Shown piece after piece: positions 63,599 to 64,000 of a DNA stretch of 64,000 nucleotides (positions within the stretch are counted from its first letter, which is position 1; every line of letters begins with the position of its first letter). Source of the DNA: Utricularia gibba (lineage: Eukaryota > Plantae > Magnoliophyta); assembly GCA_002189035.1 (NCBI GenBank), contig CM007992.1:434001-498000 (forward strand). The letters are read 5' to 3'. The position numbers and the translations under genes were made by a program. Under the pieces are notes generated by a model, which saw only the letters and a list, made by a program, of their open reading frames with translations, searched no databases and was not told where the DNA came from.

Positions 63599-64000
63599 CT
63601 GGCTTCTGTATGTCTATAATCTACATACAAGGGAAAGAGTACAATTACTAGGGTTTGAATTGGGGAAGAATTTCAGATTTGAGCCTGGTACAAGCATCCT
63701 AAGCCCGTATAAATGGAGAAAGAACATGAGTTCGCTGCTCCATGCCCATTCAAGGCCCGCATTTCCTGGCTTTAGATTTATGTTCTGAGCCGACCGACCG
63801 GCGCCCCACCTCTAAATCGGTCACCACCCACCGGCACCGGAGCGAATTTCGTCGAATCGGCTCCGGAGTCTGGGGGCTTAGCACCGCCGTATACGGCCGA
63901 AGACTTTGGCAAATGGTTGGCTGCCGGCTACCCCAACTACCAGAAGGTCGACGAAGAAGAAACTAATGAAGGCACCTTGAATTGCGAACATCGGATCATT

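Overview
This is eukaryotic nuclear DNA from a flowering plant (eudicot), not a prokaryote. It is very gene-dense, with about 21 protein-coding genes plus one unidentified partial gene in 64 kb, mostly short GT-AG introns and tight intergenic gaps. That is consistent with a miniaturised genome such as Lentibulariaceae, but the organism is inference only. Gene order: DYW-PPR(+), ARFC1(-), START-domain protein(-), TRAF/MATH(-), Agenet(+), cellulose synthase-like M/G(+), ETR2-type ethylene receptor(+), WAT1/UMAMIT(+), bHLH104/34(-), RING-decayed ATL(-), two group IXc ERFs(+), cytosolic MDH(-), 11S globulin(-), PHT1(-), XBAT35(+), LSH/ALOG(+), GTE bromodomain(+), plastid RPL28(-), U2AF65-like RRM(-), PGR5(+), and an unidentified spliced fragment(-). 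No rRNA, tRNA, CRISPR or recognisable miRNA was found. The best direct observations are: (1) a 606-bp hAT-type non-autonomous element with a perfect 8-bp target-site duplication inside the ERF1-like CDS, supplying a new C-terminus; (2) nine frameshifts in six genes, all at G/C homopolymers, which looks like long-read assembly error rather than pseudogenisation; (3) a CslM/CSyGT-clade glycosyltransferase candidate with a GCC-box/G-box pair upstream; (4) a duplicated 5' splice donor in the iron-regulator bHLH that would create a stop-containing isoform; (5) minimal uORFs abutting the ETR2 start codon. I see no clear evidence of a wholly new biological system. Gene names come from recalled family sequences and need BLAST confirmation.
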